NCBI GenBank assembly: GCA_905372855.1
Contig: CAJPQF010000001.1
Location: forward strand, 1,521-65,520
Direction of reading: 5' to 3'
DNA length: 64,000 nt
DNA from: Candidatus Saccharimonadota bacterium
GTDB lineage: Bacteria; Patescibacteriota; Saccharimonadia; Saccharimonadales; Saccharimonadaceae
Position numbers and translations under genes: made by a program. Positions within the stretch are counted from its first letter, which is position 1. The number at the start of each line of letters is the position of its first letter. Below the pieces are notes generated by a model that worked only from the letters and a program-made list of their open reading frames with translations, was not told where the DNA came from and made no database searches. This document shows, one piece after another, positions 41,441-50,672 of the stretch.

Positions 41441-41516
41441 TGGTGGGGGCGGTTGGGATCGAACCAACGACCAACAGGTTATGAGCCCGCTGCTCTAACC
41501 CCTGAGCTACGCCCCC
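41441..41516 (-). tRNA. tRNA(CAU), probably tRNA-Ile2 (lysidine)
   Basis: GGGGGCG...CGCCCCC-A-CCA; anticodon CAT; paired 1:72; GGCTCATAACC context as in Ile2 tRNAs. Confidence 0.85.
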
Positions 41517-41624
41517 ATTGCTGATATTATAGCGTAAAATCGTTGTGACGTACAGATTATTTGTTGACTGGCTCGATTTGCTTATGCTACTATGTCAGGT
41601 ATATAACCCAAGTGAGGTAGGAGT

Positions 41625-44600
41625 ATGAAAATACACAGGAAAAATATCAAATATAAATATCGCCGTATTGGCGTTGGAATAACCGTATTCATTGCGGCAT
41701 TAAGTTTGGTGCTGATGAATTTGCCGCGAGCTCAGGCGTCGCAGCTCAACAAAAAGTACTCTTTTATTAAAACCAATTACACCGTCCCAACGAGTAATGT
41801 CGCGTGGGTAGCGCCGAATGGCAACGATACTTCGGGTAATGGTTCCGAGGGTTCGCCGTACGCTACATTCAAGAAAGCTCTCAGCTCTATTAGTAATGGC
41901 GGCACGGTAGTCGCGAAGTCGGGTATTTATCGTGAACCGCATTTTTTCATCTCTGGCGATAATGTGACTATTCAAGCGGCGCCGGGGGCAGAAGTTTGGC
42001 TAAAGGGCAGCGATGTCGTAAATTCATGGACTAGTGAAAATGGCATATGGAAAACAACTGGGAATTATCACAACTTCTGTCATGTTTGTACCACAAATGC
42101 CAATCCAAGCGTTGAAGGTACCGCGGCCTACCCAGAACAGGTCTTCATTAATGACGAGCCGCTAAAGCAGGTTAAAACTAAAGCAGAGGTAACGCCTGGT
42201 AGTAATACTTTTTATGTCGAAGACAACACTCCTACTACACTCAAAACCCCTAACAATAATGCAGACGGCTATAATATTGGCCAGCAAGATGCGATATCTT
42301 ATTATATTGGCAAGAATCCAGCTAGCGGCGTAACCGAGATATCAGAGCGGGCGCGAGCTTTCACTAGTACTGGCAAAAACGTTTCCGTGAAAGGCATTAA
42401 CGTTGCTCAGTATTCGCCTGTTCAGGTTTGGGGTTTTCAGGATCCTTACGATCCTGCCGCTGAAAGAGGAGTTTATTCGGGTCCAACCGCAGTAAGTATC
42501 AACGGGACTGGCTCGTTGGTTCAGGATATGATTGTCACCCAAAGTGCAAGCCAAGGCCTGTTCTTTAACAAAGCAGAATCGTCGACGGCGCGCAGCGTAA
42601 AGGCGATAGATAATGGTGGCTCGGGAGTTGGGGCTAACAAATCTCACAACACAGTATTTACTAACGGTGAATTATATGGCAACAACGCGGAAGGTTTCTT
42701 GACGATTGGCTGCGGAGCTTATTGCACGATGGCTGATATTAAAGTTACGCATACACGAAACTTTACATTCCGCAATAATATTGTTGATTATTCTCGCGAC
42801 ACTAAAGCGTATTCTACTGCCGCCAACGCCAATAACGAAGGTATGATTGGCTTTTGGTGCGATGAAGGCTGTGTAGAAACGAAAATCGTTGGTAACTTCT
42901 TTACTAATTCTCCGCTTGCTATCATGTATGAGGTTTCTGGTAATGGTATAATTGCTTCTAATATAATCGAAAGCTCCGGTACGGGTATTCGTGTAGCTGG
43001 CAGCGATGATGTTAAGGTGTATAACAATACCATATCTCGCACTTATCGGCCAATATACATATTTGAAGATAGTCGTATTGACGGGTGTAATTATTGGAAA
43101 GGCGGGTCCTGTGTAGCTAACGAAAGCTGGTCGCAGGGACTGGGTCTAGATTGGAATACTTCGGGCGTTGAATTGTACAACAACATTATATCTTCGCGGC
43201 CGTTAGCTCGAGCAGAGGATCTTTCTGGCGGTAATTATCAACGCGCGTATTCACTGCGTGTTGAAGGAGCTCAGAACGATCAAAATAGACCGTATGTCGA
43301 TGCCAACGATATGCTCAAAGGATTTGATTATAATGTATATTACCGTAACGAATCAGACGATATAAATTTGTCGGTGTGGGATTTCAAACAGATTCCTTCA
43401 AAGACCGATACAGTTATAAGCAGAGCTTCTGATATCGCGAATAATCCAAAATTGTCGAACTCGATTGACGGCCGCGATGCGCATTCGCTTGATACTTTTG
43501 GCTCGCGAGCAAATAATCCGTATTTCGTGAAAGAAGCAGCAAATAATAACGACTACAAAAAGAGCAATTACAATCTCAAACCAGGTAGCCCAGCTATCAA
43601 CAAAGGTAAACCGTTATCGAGCGACGTAGCGCAAGCGATTGACCCAACAGGCAAAACTGTTAAAGCTGGCGTACCGGTAAATGCTGGTGCTCTGGTTAAT
43701 GTGCTGATGGATGCGACGGGCGGGCAGACTCCGCCGACACCTCCAGTAACTGTCAATATTCCTGATGCTGGCCTCAAGGCAGCTATCAATAAAACGCTTG
43801 ATAGCAATCGTCCGAGCACTCAGGATATCACAGTGGACGAGCTAGCTCAATTGACGCAACTTACCGTAGACGGCGGTGTCAAAGTCAAAAATCTAACAGG
43901 CCTCGAGAAGGCAACTAATTTACAAGAGCTGAAGATTGACAATAACGAAGTTGCTGATTTGGCGCCTTTGTCATCGTTAGCAAAAATGACCAAGTTGACA
44001 ATGACAAATAATAAAGTTGCGTCGATCGAACCGTTGGCACATTTGGCTAACTTAAGCGTACTTTTAGCGTCTGGTAATCCGATTGCTTCGACCAAGCCGC
44101 TAGCTAATCTGACGCATTTGACACAAGTAAGTGTAGATAGTAAATCGACAGCGTTTGATATTTCTGATTTTGCCAAGAGTGCGGGCACCTTGACGACATT
44201 GCAGTTGTCTGGTACTGATAATGGTACGCCGCAGCTAGCGCATAGCGAAGTTCTAAAGCAACTTACTAAAGTAACGACTCTCCAGGTATCGTCAACCTCG
44301 TTAACTGATAACGATCTGAATAGTATTGGCGCGATGACGCAATTAACGTCGCTGCAGGCAGACCGCAGTAATATTAGCGATATGTCGTTTGCGGGCCGCT
44401 TAACTAAATTAACTAAGCTTGACGTTTCTAATCAGCGCGTCCGTATGAGTACGAATACAACGCCGTTTGCATCGCCGCTCAAAGATGTATCGGGTACGGC
44501 TGTTGCTATAACCAATAGCGCTGATTTGGCTAATGATGGGGCTGGTCGTGTCAAAATTGTCTCACCAATTTATGATAATAATACTCATGAATTGTCGGCA

Positions 44601-46757
44601 ACCTGGACCAAGAATGTTACAGTTGGCGCTGTTACCGCCCAATTCAACGGTCAACTGACAGTGTCTGCAACGCTGCCGAAAGCTGATAAAGTTCAGCTCC
44701 AAGCGCAAATTGATCGCGCGAATAACTCTGCAGATTATATCAAAGCAGATGCGGCGGTAGCCAGTGCACTGTCAGCTGCGAAAAACGTTGTTGCTAAACC
44801 AAATCCGACACCTGCCGAAATTAGCCAAGCGACAAACGACCTCAAGCAAGCGCTTGACGCCGCAATAGCCAAAGAAACGGCAGCTCAAGCGGCCGCACGG
44901 ACAGCGGTTGATAAGGCAAAAAACAGTAAGTCGCCTGCTGATATTCGCGCTGCAGAGGCACTTTTAGCGCACGTTCAGGACACAGACAAGAAATCAGCGA
45001 TGCAAGATGAGCTCAACGCCGTCAAACAGGAAATTACCGATGCGCGGACAGCCTTATTGAAATTGATTGACAAGGCGAAGAATACGCCGACGGATGGTCT
45101 AGCGGCCGAGACTGTTGCTGCCTTGAATACCGCAATTGCTGCCGCTAAAGCGGTCAATAACGACCAAGAGTCAACTGTGGCGCAGCTCACTGAAGCCAAA
45201 ACCAAACTGCAATCAGCTCTTGATAATCTCAAAACCGATAAGACAGCGCTAGCCAAAGCTATAGCGGATGCTGACCAAGAGCCAGTTTATATCAAGAACG
45301 ATTCAGCGGTTAAAACTGCTCTGCAACATGCTAAGAATGTTTATGCTGCGGCTAATCCAACGCCGGCAGAAGTTAACACAGCTGTCAATAATTTGAAGTC
45401 GGCAATTAATGCTGCTAAAAAGAAAGAAACTGATGCTCAAACAGCTGCTGCCAATGCGGTTGCGGCAGCAGAAGGCGCTAAAACGGCGCAGTCGATAACG
45501 GCGGCTCAAACTCTCGTTGACGCTGTCCAGGACGCGTCGGTTAAGTCTGCTCTGCAGGCGCGTCTTGATGCTGTATCGCAGCAGCTTAGCAATGCTAAAC
45601 AAACGCTTGCCACACTTATTACTAAAGCTGAGGCTGTCGATACGACTGGTATGAGTGCTGACACTGTCAATGCGCTAAAGGCTAAAATTAAGCAAGCTAA
45701 ACAAGTCTACAACGATGCTTCAGTATCGGTAATGCGCCTGCAAGCGGCGGCGTCAGAGTTGCAAGCGGCTCTCGATGCTTTGCGGCCAGACAAGACTACT
45801 TTGCGCGACGTGATTGCCCGGGTGGAAGCGCAGCCAGTGTATATCCGAAACAATCCTGCAGTCAAATCTGCTTTGCAGCATGCCAAGAACGTTGAGGCCG
45901 CTGCTAGCTCGACGCCAGCTGATATTAGTTCCGCGATACAGCAGCTCAATTCGGCAGTTACTGCCGCTCAGAAGAAAGAAGCTGACGCCCAGGCGGTCGC
46001 GCAGGCAGCTGTTGCCGATGCTGAAAGCCAGAAAACTGCTCAGTCTATAGCGCATGCGCGAACACTAGTCGATAAAGTACAGGATCAAGCCGTTAAGACA
46101 AACCTTCAGGCGCGCCTAGATGCGATTGTTGTCCAAACCTTTGTCAATAAGCAAACAATTCGCCAAGCAAACAATACCAATCTTACGCTGTCTACCTCAG
46201 GCGATAAATGCTACAACATCAAAAACGCTACCGCGGTAGGACAGCCGAAAAATATTCCGACTGGCTATCAGATGCAGGGCTCGGCCAAGTTTACGATCAA
46301 CTGTGACGGACATGCGCAGCCAGCGGTTGGGTATACTACCAAAATTACTCTCGAATTATCGCGTATCTACAAAGTTAATCGCCTAAAAGTAATCAAGTAC
46401 AGTATTAATGGCGCTAATGCTACCGATATTACCGAGAAAGTCGCATTCAAAACATCAGTCGATGGCAAACGCACTATTGTTGAATACTCAATTACCGACG
46501 GCGGCTTTGGCGATATGGATAAGACCGCTAACGGCGTTATCGACGATCCGGTTATAATTTATGAGCGGTCGGAGAATACTACGCCAGCTAATGGTGGCAA
46601 TCAACCTGGAGCTCTAGCAAAGAATGGCAAGACTACCGCTAACAGCGGACGCTTATCTGAAACTGGCGATAGCCTATACGGTTATATTATCGGTGCTGGC
46701 GTGTTGGTGCTAGGCGGCGCTGCCGGCGTATACGCTATCATCCGTCGTCGCCAATAA
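41625..46757 (+). CDS. 1710-aa surface protein: parallel beta-helix, internalin-like LRR, FIVAR/GA-like helical repeats, LPxTG-like anchor
   Basis: Signal peptide; WVAPNGND..GSEGSPYATF; IPDAGLKAAI..LTGLEKATNL; LSETG + TM + RRRQ. Confidence 0.85.
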   Translation: MKIHRKNIKYKYRRIGVGITVFIAALSLVLMNLPRAQASQLNKKYSFIKTNYTVPTSNVAWVAPNGNDTSGNGSEGSPYATFKKALSSISNGGTVVAKSGIYREPHFFISGDNVTIQAAPGAEVWLKGSDVVNSWTSENGIWKTTGNYHNFCHVCTTNANPSVEGTAAYPEQVFINDEPLKQVKTKAEVTPGSNTFYVEDNTPTTLKTPNNNADGYNIGQQDAISYYIGKNPASGVTEISERARAFTSTGKNVSVKGINVAQYSPVQVWGFQDPYDPAAERGVYSGPTAVSINGTGSLVQDMIVTQSASQGLFFNKAESSTARSVKAIDNGGSGVGANKSHNTVFTNGELYGNNAEGFLTIGCGAYCTMADIKVTHTRNFTFRNNIVDYSRDTKAYSTAANANNEGMIGFWCDEGCVETKIVGNFFTNSPLAIMYEVSGNGIIASNIIESSGTGIRVAGSDDVKVYNNTISRTYRPIYIFEDSRIDGCNYWKGGSCVANESWSQGLGLDWNTSGVELYNNIISSRPLARAEDLSGGNYQRAYSLRVEGAQNDQNRPYVDANDMLKGFDYNVYYRNESDDINLSVWDFKQIPSKTDTVISRASDIANNPKLSNSIDGRDAHSLDTFGSRANNPYFVKEAANNNDYKKSNYNLKPGSPAINKGKPLSSDVAQAIDPTGKTVKAGVPVNAGALVNVLMDATGGQTPPTPPVTVNIPDAGLKAAINKTLDSNRPSTQDITVDELAQLTQLTVDGGVKVKNLTGLEKATNLQELKIDNNEVADLAPLSSLAKMTKLTMTNNKVASIEPLAHLANLSVLLASGNPIASTKPLANLTHLTQVSVDSKSTAFDISDFAKSAGTLTTLQLSGTDNGTPQLAHSEVLKQLTKVTTLQVSSTSLTDNDLNSIGAMTQLTSLQADRSNISDMSFAGRLTKLTKLDVSNQRVRMSTNTTPFASPLKDVSGTAVAITNSADLANDGAGRVKIVSPIYDNNTHELSATWTKNVTVGAVTAQFNGQLTVSATLPKADKVQLQAQIDRANNSADYIKADAAVASALSAAKNVVAKPNPTPAEISQATNDLKQALDAAIAKETAAQAAARTAVDKAKNSKSPADIRAAEALLAHVQDTDKKSAMQDELNAVKQEITDARTALLKLIDKAKNTPTDGLAAETVAALNTAIAAAKAVNNDQESTVAQLTEAKTKLQSALDNLKTDKTALAKAIADADQEPVYIKNDSAVKTALQHAKNVYAAANPTPAEVNTAVNNLKSAINAAKKKETDAQTAAANAVAAAEGAKTAQSITAAQTLVDAVQDASVKSALQARLDAVSQQLSNAKQTLATLITKAEAVDTTGMSADTVNALKAKIKQAKQVYNDASVSVMRLQAAASELQAALDALRPDKTTLRDVIARVEAQPVYIRNNPAVKSALQHAKNVEAAASSTPADISSAIQQLNSAVTAAQKKEADAQAVAQAAVADAESQKTAQSIAHARTLVDKVQDQAVKTNLQARLDAIVVQTFVNKQTIRQANNTNLTLSTSGDKCYNIKNATAVGQPKNIPTGYQMQGSAKFTINCDGHAQPAVGYTTKITLELSRIYKVNRLKVIKYSINGANATDITEKVAFKTSVDGKRTIVEYSITDGGFGDMDKTANGVIDDPVIIYERSENTTPANGGNQPGALAKNGKTTANSGRLSETGDSLYGYIIGAGVLVLGGAAGVYAIIRRRQ
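44685..46130 (+). repeat. 552-bp (184-aa) periodic helical repeat, about 2.6 copies
   Basis: DKxxL units start at 44685, 45237 and 45789; YIK/YIR..AV.(S/T)AL..AKNV..TPA recurs. Confidence 0.85.
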
Positions 46758-46812
46758 GAGTCGTTTTATCTCGCTATCTCGATTACCGCTCATGGTTTAT
46801 AATAGTTGATAG

Positions 46813-47289
46813 ATGAAACTTGTTGAAAGATTACGCCAACAACTGCATTATATCTGGTTCAATTACGCGAACTTTAATGGATTGGTGCTGTTGTTGGCGA
46901 TTATCATTGCGATTAGCTGGGTGATGGGTACAATGTCGACGATCCAGATGAACTTTAGCGCCCAACGAGCGCTTGACGAAAAAAAACAACAATTACGGCT
47001 GGCGCAGCTAGAAGTAGAGACGCTGAAATACGAACAAAATTATTATAAGAGCGATGAATATAAAGAGCTAGAAGCGCGCAGCAAGTTAGGTCTGGCAGAT
47101 CCTGGCGAGAAGCAGCTAATACTGCCAGAGAATAGCGCTGCAGTGAAATCTCTCGACAGCCAGGACGATAACTCATCGTATATTAAAACAGCTCCACGCG
47201 GCAATACGCCTGCCGTGCACAAGTCAAACTTCCAGCAATGGATTGATTTTCTGACTGGCAAAACTGCTGCTTCGCGCTTGCATAAGTGA
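46813..47289 (+). CDS. septum formation initiator (FtsB/DivIC-like)
   Basis: TM + coiled coil + ELEARSKLGLADPGE. Confidence 0.75.
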   Translation: MKLVERLRQQLHYIWFNYANFNGLVLLLAIIIAISWVMGTMSTIQMNFSAQRALDEKKQQLRLAQLEVETLKYEQNYYKSDEYKELEARSKLGLADPGEKQLILPENSAAVKSLDSQDDNSSYIKTAPRGNTPAVHKSNFQQWIDFLTGKTAASRLHK

Positions 47290-47318
47290 TGCGTGGTTTG
47301 CTATAATAGTACCCGTAT

Positions 47319-47396
47319 CGCGGGGTGGAGCAGCCTGGTCAGCTCGCTTGGCTCATAACCAAGAGGTCGCTGGTTCAAATCCAGCCCCCGCTACCA
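47319..47396 (+). tRNA. initiator tRNA-fMet(CAU)
   Basis: CGCGGGGTGGAGCAGCCTGG 5' end, unpaired C1:U72, TTCAAAT T-loop, CAT anticodon. Confidence 0.92.
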
Positions 47397-47435
47397 AGAG
47401 AAAAGCTCAACTTCTAGTTGAGCTTTTCTCTTGGT
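47393..47435. terminator. perfect 20-bp bidirectional terminator hairpin
   Basis: ACCAAGAGAAAAGCTCAACT-tct-AGTTGAGCTTTTCTCTTGGT. Confidence 0.85.
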
Positions 47436-47447
47436 TAACTGACTGGT

Positions 47448-48824
47448 TTAAGCTAATTTGCTAGCAGCAACCCGAATAGCTTCACTCCAGCTCAAGAAAA
47501 CGTGTGGCGTGTCTGCTAAGTCTTTAGCGGTTAGGCCGTGCCGCACAGCTAGGGCGATTTCGTGGATACTATCGCTAGCATTCGGCGCGACAATAGTACC
47601 GCCGGCTATAACGCCTTTCTTGTCGCATACTAGTTTGACGAAGCCGTCGCGGAAATCGCTGGTATTTGAGCGGCCGATGATTGATAGCGGTGCCATGGCT
47701 TTGTTGATTTTGAGGTCGCGTTTGATACAATCGTCTTCGGTCAAACCAACAGATGACACTTCTGGGAAGGTGAAGGTTGTCCGCGGTGTAGCAGTATAAT
47801 CTGGCGCGATTTGATTCTTTGAAAAAAGGTTATGAGCAGCAATCCGCGATTCTAGCAGTGCAGTATGCGTGTGCTCAGAGTTGCCGATAATATCCCCAGC
47901 TGCATAAATGTGGCGAGCGCTTGTCTGTAAATATTCGTTAACATGGATGCCGGTTGGGTCGTATTGGACGCTGGCGTTCTCTAGTCCTAAATCAAGGTTT
48001 GGACGACGTCCAGTTGCCACCAAGATATCCTCGACGCGTACCGACTTTTCGACACCGCCGCGCAGGAATGATACGCGGTAGCCGAGTCCGTCTTTGACTG
48101 CTGCGACCGTTCGTGTTTGCGTCAATGACGTAATGCCTTTATGCTTCTTGAGGTAGGCTTCTAGCAGCTCGCCAACTTCTTCGTCTTCTTTTGGTAAAAT
48201 GCGGGCAGCGATATCAGTCAAATAAACCCTAGTACCGAAAGTAGCCATCAGCTGCGCAATCTCGACGCCAACGCTGCCAGCACCTATGATGTAAAGGCTC
48301 TTCGGTGGACGCATCGACTCTAAAATGGTGCGCGCTGTCAAAAATGGGATTTCGTCTAATCCTGGTACTTCTGGTGCTACCCAGTGCGAACCCGTAGCGA
48401 CCAGGAATCTTTCGGCGCTGATGTGCTTGCGTCGAACGGAAATTTCATTGGGCGACAGAAAGTGGGCATGTCCAGTATAGGTAGTAATGCCTTGGTTTTC
48501 GTAGAATTTGCGATTACCAGCAGCCCCAGTTCGCTTGACGGCGAGGTCTTTCCAGGCGCGAATACTCGGATAATTGTAGCCAAGCGTATTAGAGCGTAAG
48601 CCGAACTTGGCGCCGTGGCGTGCTTGATCATAGAGGTGCGCGACGTGTAATAAGGCGTTGGTTGGTACATCGCTCCAGTTAGGCGAATCGCCGCCAAAGG
48701 TGTCTTCCTCGATAATCGCTACGCGCGCGCCATTGCGAGCGGCGATAGTGGCAGCGGCTGATCCGCCAGCTCCGCTACCGATAACTATTAAATCGTAATC
48801 AAATTTATTGTGTCTCTTCGCCAT
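47448..48824 (-). CDS. class I pyridine nucleotide-disulfide oxidoreductase homolog (Lpd/MerA-like) lacking the redox cysteines
   Basis: IGSGAGG, ATGS, IGAGSVGVE, ATGRRPN, IYAAGD; GGDSPNWSDVP at the active site. Confidence 0.85.
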   Translation of the reverse strand: MAKRHNKFDYDLIVIGSGAGGSAAATIAARNGARVAIIEEDTFGGDSPNWSDVPTNALLHVAHLYDQARHGAKFGLRSNTLGYNYPSIRAWKDLAVKRTGAAGNRKFYENQGITTYTGHAHFLSPNEISVRRKHISAERFLVATGSHWVAPEVPGLDEIPFLTARTILESMRPPKSLYIIGAGSVGVEIAQLMATFGTRVYLTDIAARILPKEDEEVGELLEAYLKKHKGITSLTQTRTVAAVKDGLGYRVSFLRGGVEKSVRVEDILVATGRRPNLDLGLENASVQYDPTGIHVNEYLQTSARHIYAAGDIIGNSEHTHTALLESRIAAHNLFSKNQIAPDYTATPRTTFTFPEVSSVGLTEDDCIKRDLKINKAMAPLSIIGRSNTSDFRDGFVKLVCDKKGVIAGGTIVAPNASDSIHEIALAVRHGLTAKDLADTPHVFLSWSEAIRVAASKLA

Positions 48825-48833
48825 TCATGTCTC

Positions 48834-49109
48834 CTACATCATTTTTTTGTGGTGTTTATATAAATATGCTGCATCAGGATGATTATGTTCTAGAAATCGT
48901 CCAGCTTGCGCGCGAATATCGGTGGTGGTGATATCTGATTTTTGGCCGCTCCAAGCTTCGACCTCGCGAGCAGCTTGATCGGCTAAATTGCGGGCTAACC
49001 CTTCGGGGCTTTTAGCGCTAAGGCAGGCGGCGTACAGGCTAGCGCGCAGCTTTTTGGCATCGAAATCTTCTGGCGGGCGTTTGCCTCGTTTGAAAACAGT
49101 AACTTTCAT
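48834..49109 (-). CDS. stand-alone ATP-cone domain protein
   Basis: VFKRGK..EDFDAKKL..SL; ITTTDIR....L....PDAAYLY. Confidence 0.75.
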   Translation of the reverse strand: MKVTVFKRGKRPPEDFDAKKLRASLYAACLSAKSPEGLARNLADQAAREVEAWSGQKSDITTTDIRAQAGRFLEHNHPDAAYLYKHHKKMM

Positions 49110-49819
49110 ACAGCGTTCACCTGAATGATTAAGTCGGAAACAGTATTAACGTATATATAAAAACCAAGGATAATCAAACCCAGACCGGCAGCGAATTGTA
49201 AAAAGTATTTGTTTTGTTCGCGCCAGCGCTGGATGCGGCTCAGTTGGCGTCCGCTGCCAATCAATAGGGCGACGATTAGCAGCCCGAGCGAAGCAGCTAG
49301 CGTATAACCTGCTGCGCCAACGATTTGCCAAATCGGCGGCAGCCCGATGATAGCGCAGGCTGCGGTAATGATTGGTACGATAGTAAATAGTAGTTCCGCG
49401 ACAACACTAGTCAATCCTAGACTAAACGCTTCGGCGGCAAGGCTGGCTTTGGCGGTGCGTTTACACAAGAATCGGGCAAAACTGCGTGAAATCCACAATT
49501 CGGTACCTTCGGTTTTACGATAGTAAAAAAGGATAACTGCCAAGCCAACGATCATCAGACCAGCAGTCAAAGTGATCCACAACAAATTACTGTGCGGCGC
49601 GAATACACCGATAGCATAGCTAGCGAAACTAACACATAAAAGTGTCATAGTGAAGGCGCCAGCTACAAAGCTAAATAGCAGCCGTAACGTGCGCCGAGCG
49701 GCCAGCTTGCGTCCTAAGGCATGCCCCGATAGAGATGTAGCCATACTAACGCTTAACTGAAAGCTAGCGTGGATAAGTCCTGCCAGGGCGATGATGCTAA
49801 CAGCGATGAGAGTATTCAT
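49106..49819 (-). CDS. multi-TM hypothetical protein
   Basis: About six TM segments; coupled to the ATP-cone gene. Confidence 0.75.
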   Translation of the reverse strand: MNTLIAVSIIALAGLIHASFQLSVSMATSLSGHALGRKLAARRTLRLLFSFVAGAFTMTLLCVSFASYAIGVFAPHSNLLWITLTAGLMIVGLAVILFYYRKTEGTELWISRSFARFLCKRTAKASLAAEAFSLGLTSVVAELLFTIVPIITAACAIIGLPPIWQIVGAAGYTLAASLGLLIVALLIGSGRQLSRIQRWREQNKYFLQFAAGLGLIILGFYIYVNTVSDLIIQVNAV

Positions 49820-49964
49820 GTTTGTCTTGATAATCCTTATATTATTTATACCATAAGCGGTCTGGCGAAGTCAAAAGATTTTGTAAAAAGCTATTGCTTT
49901 TTTGGCAAGTTTGTGTTATACTAAAAGTATAAGTAATTAACTTATACAAAAAGGAAAAATAAAA

Positions 49965-50099
49965 ATGGAAGTCACCGAATCAAATAACTCATTACATAAC
50001 GAGAATGCCACCTGGAATCGGCCGCGTACAACGGTTGAACTGCGTGAATTCATTAATCGCCGTAATGACCTGCTAGACGTTGAGGATTTTGCGTTTTAG
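49965..50099 (+). CDS. unannotated 44-aa small protein
   Basis: TTGCTT-17-TATACT promoter with extended TG, AAGGA RBS, MEVTESNNSLHNENATWNRPRTTVELREFINRRNDLLDVEDFAF*, terminator after. Confidence 0.6.
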   Translation: MEVTESNNSLHNENATWNRPRTTVELREFINRRNDLLDVEDFAF

Positions 50100-50115
50100 T
50101 GGCAGTTTAAGTACA

Positions 50116-50152
50116 AAGAAAAATCCCCGCGGCAAAGGCGGGGAGCTTTCTT
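50116..50152. terminator. bidirectional terminator
   Basis: AAAGAAAAATCCCCGC...GCGGGGAGCTTTCTT. Confidence 0.7.
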
Positions 50153-50229
50153 TGGTAGCACTGACTGGGATCGAACCAGTGACCTTAGGCTTATGAGTCC
50201 TACGCTCTAACCAACTGAGCTACAGTGCC
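50153..50229 (-). tRNA. tRNA(CAU), probably elongator tRNA-Met
   Basis: GGCACTG...CAGTGCT-A-CCA; TAGGA-CTCATAA-GCCTA anticodon arm. Confidence 0.85.
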
Positions 50230-50408
50230 GCAAGAGTAAAGCACTGTAGATTATAGCAGATAACAGTAATCGGTGGCAAGCTAGGTTTTTTAAGGATAAT
50301 TTAATGAAGCTGTCGGACAATATGCTTCGAGAAATATTTCCCGCACTTCTCTAGTGAGCCGCCCTTCTGTGTCAAGGGCGGTTTGCTATTCTGTGCTATA
50401 ATTTTGCC

Positions 50409-50672
50409 GTGAACGATGAGCTAGAATTAAATGAACGAGTAGAAGTTATTGCGACGTTTGGCAGCGGTTTAGAATTGTGCGTGCCGCGGCGGTTTAGACG
50501 TCCGAATGGGCGTGAGGTTGAAGTAAGCGAGCTAGGTTTGCGGCATCCAGTAGCTAAAGGACGGCGAACGATGCATATTTTTGATGTGACGGACGGGCAA
50601 GCTGATTATCGGCTGGAATTCGATAGCGAGCGGTTGACTTGGCGATTGACGCGCGAGGCGGAGCATGGCTGA
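50409..50672 (+). CDS. small beta-rich protein coupled to the Y-family polymerase
   Basis: PRRFRR..GRE...HIFDVTDG..YRLEFD..LTWRL; overlaps the polymerase start. Confidence 0.7.
   Translation: MNDELELNERVEVIATFGSGLELCVPRRFRRPNGREVEVSELGLRHPVAKGRRTMHIFDVTDGQADYRLEFDSERLTWRLTREAEHG

Noticed and set aside
41516..47319. Integrated island between two tRNAs carrying the surface protein
   Set aside because: Both tRNAs face outward with their 5' ends inside, no att duplication or integrase is seen, and the interval includes an ftsB-like core gene
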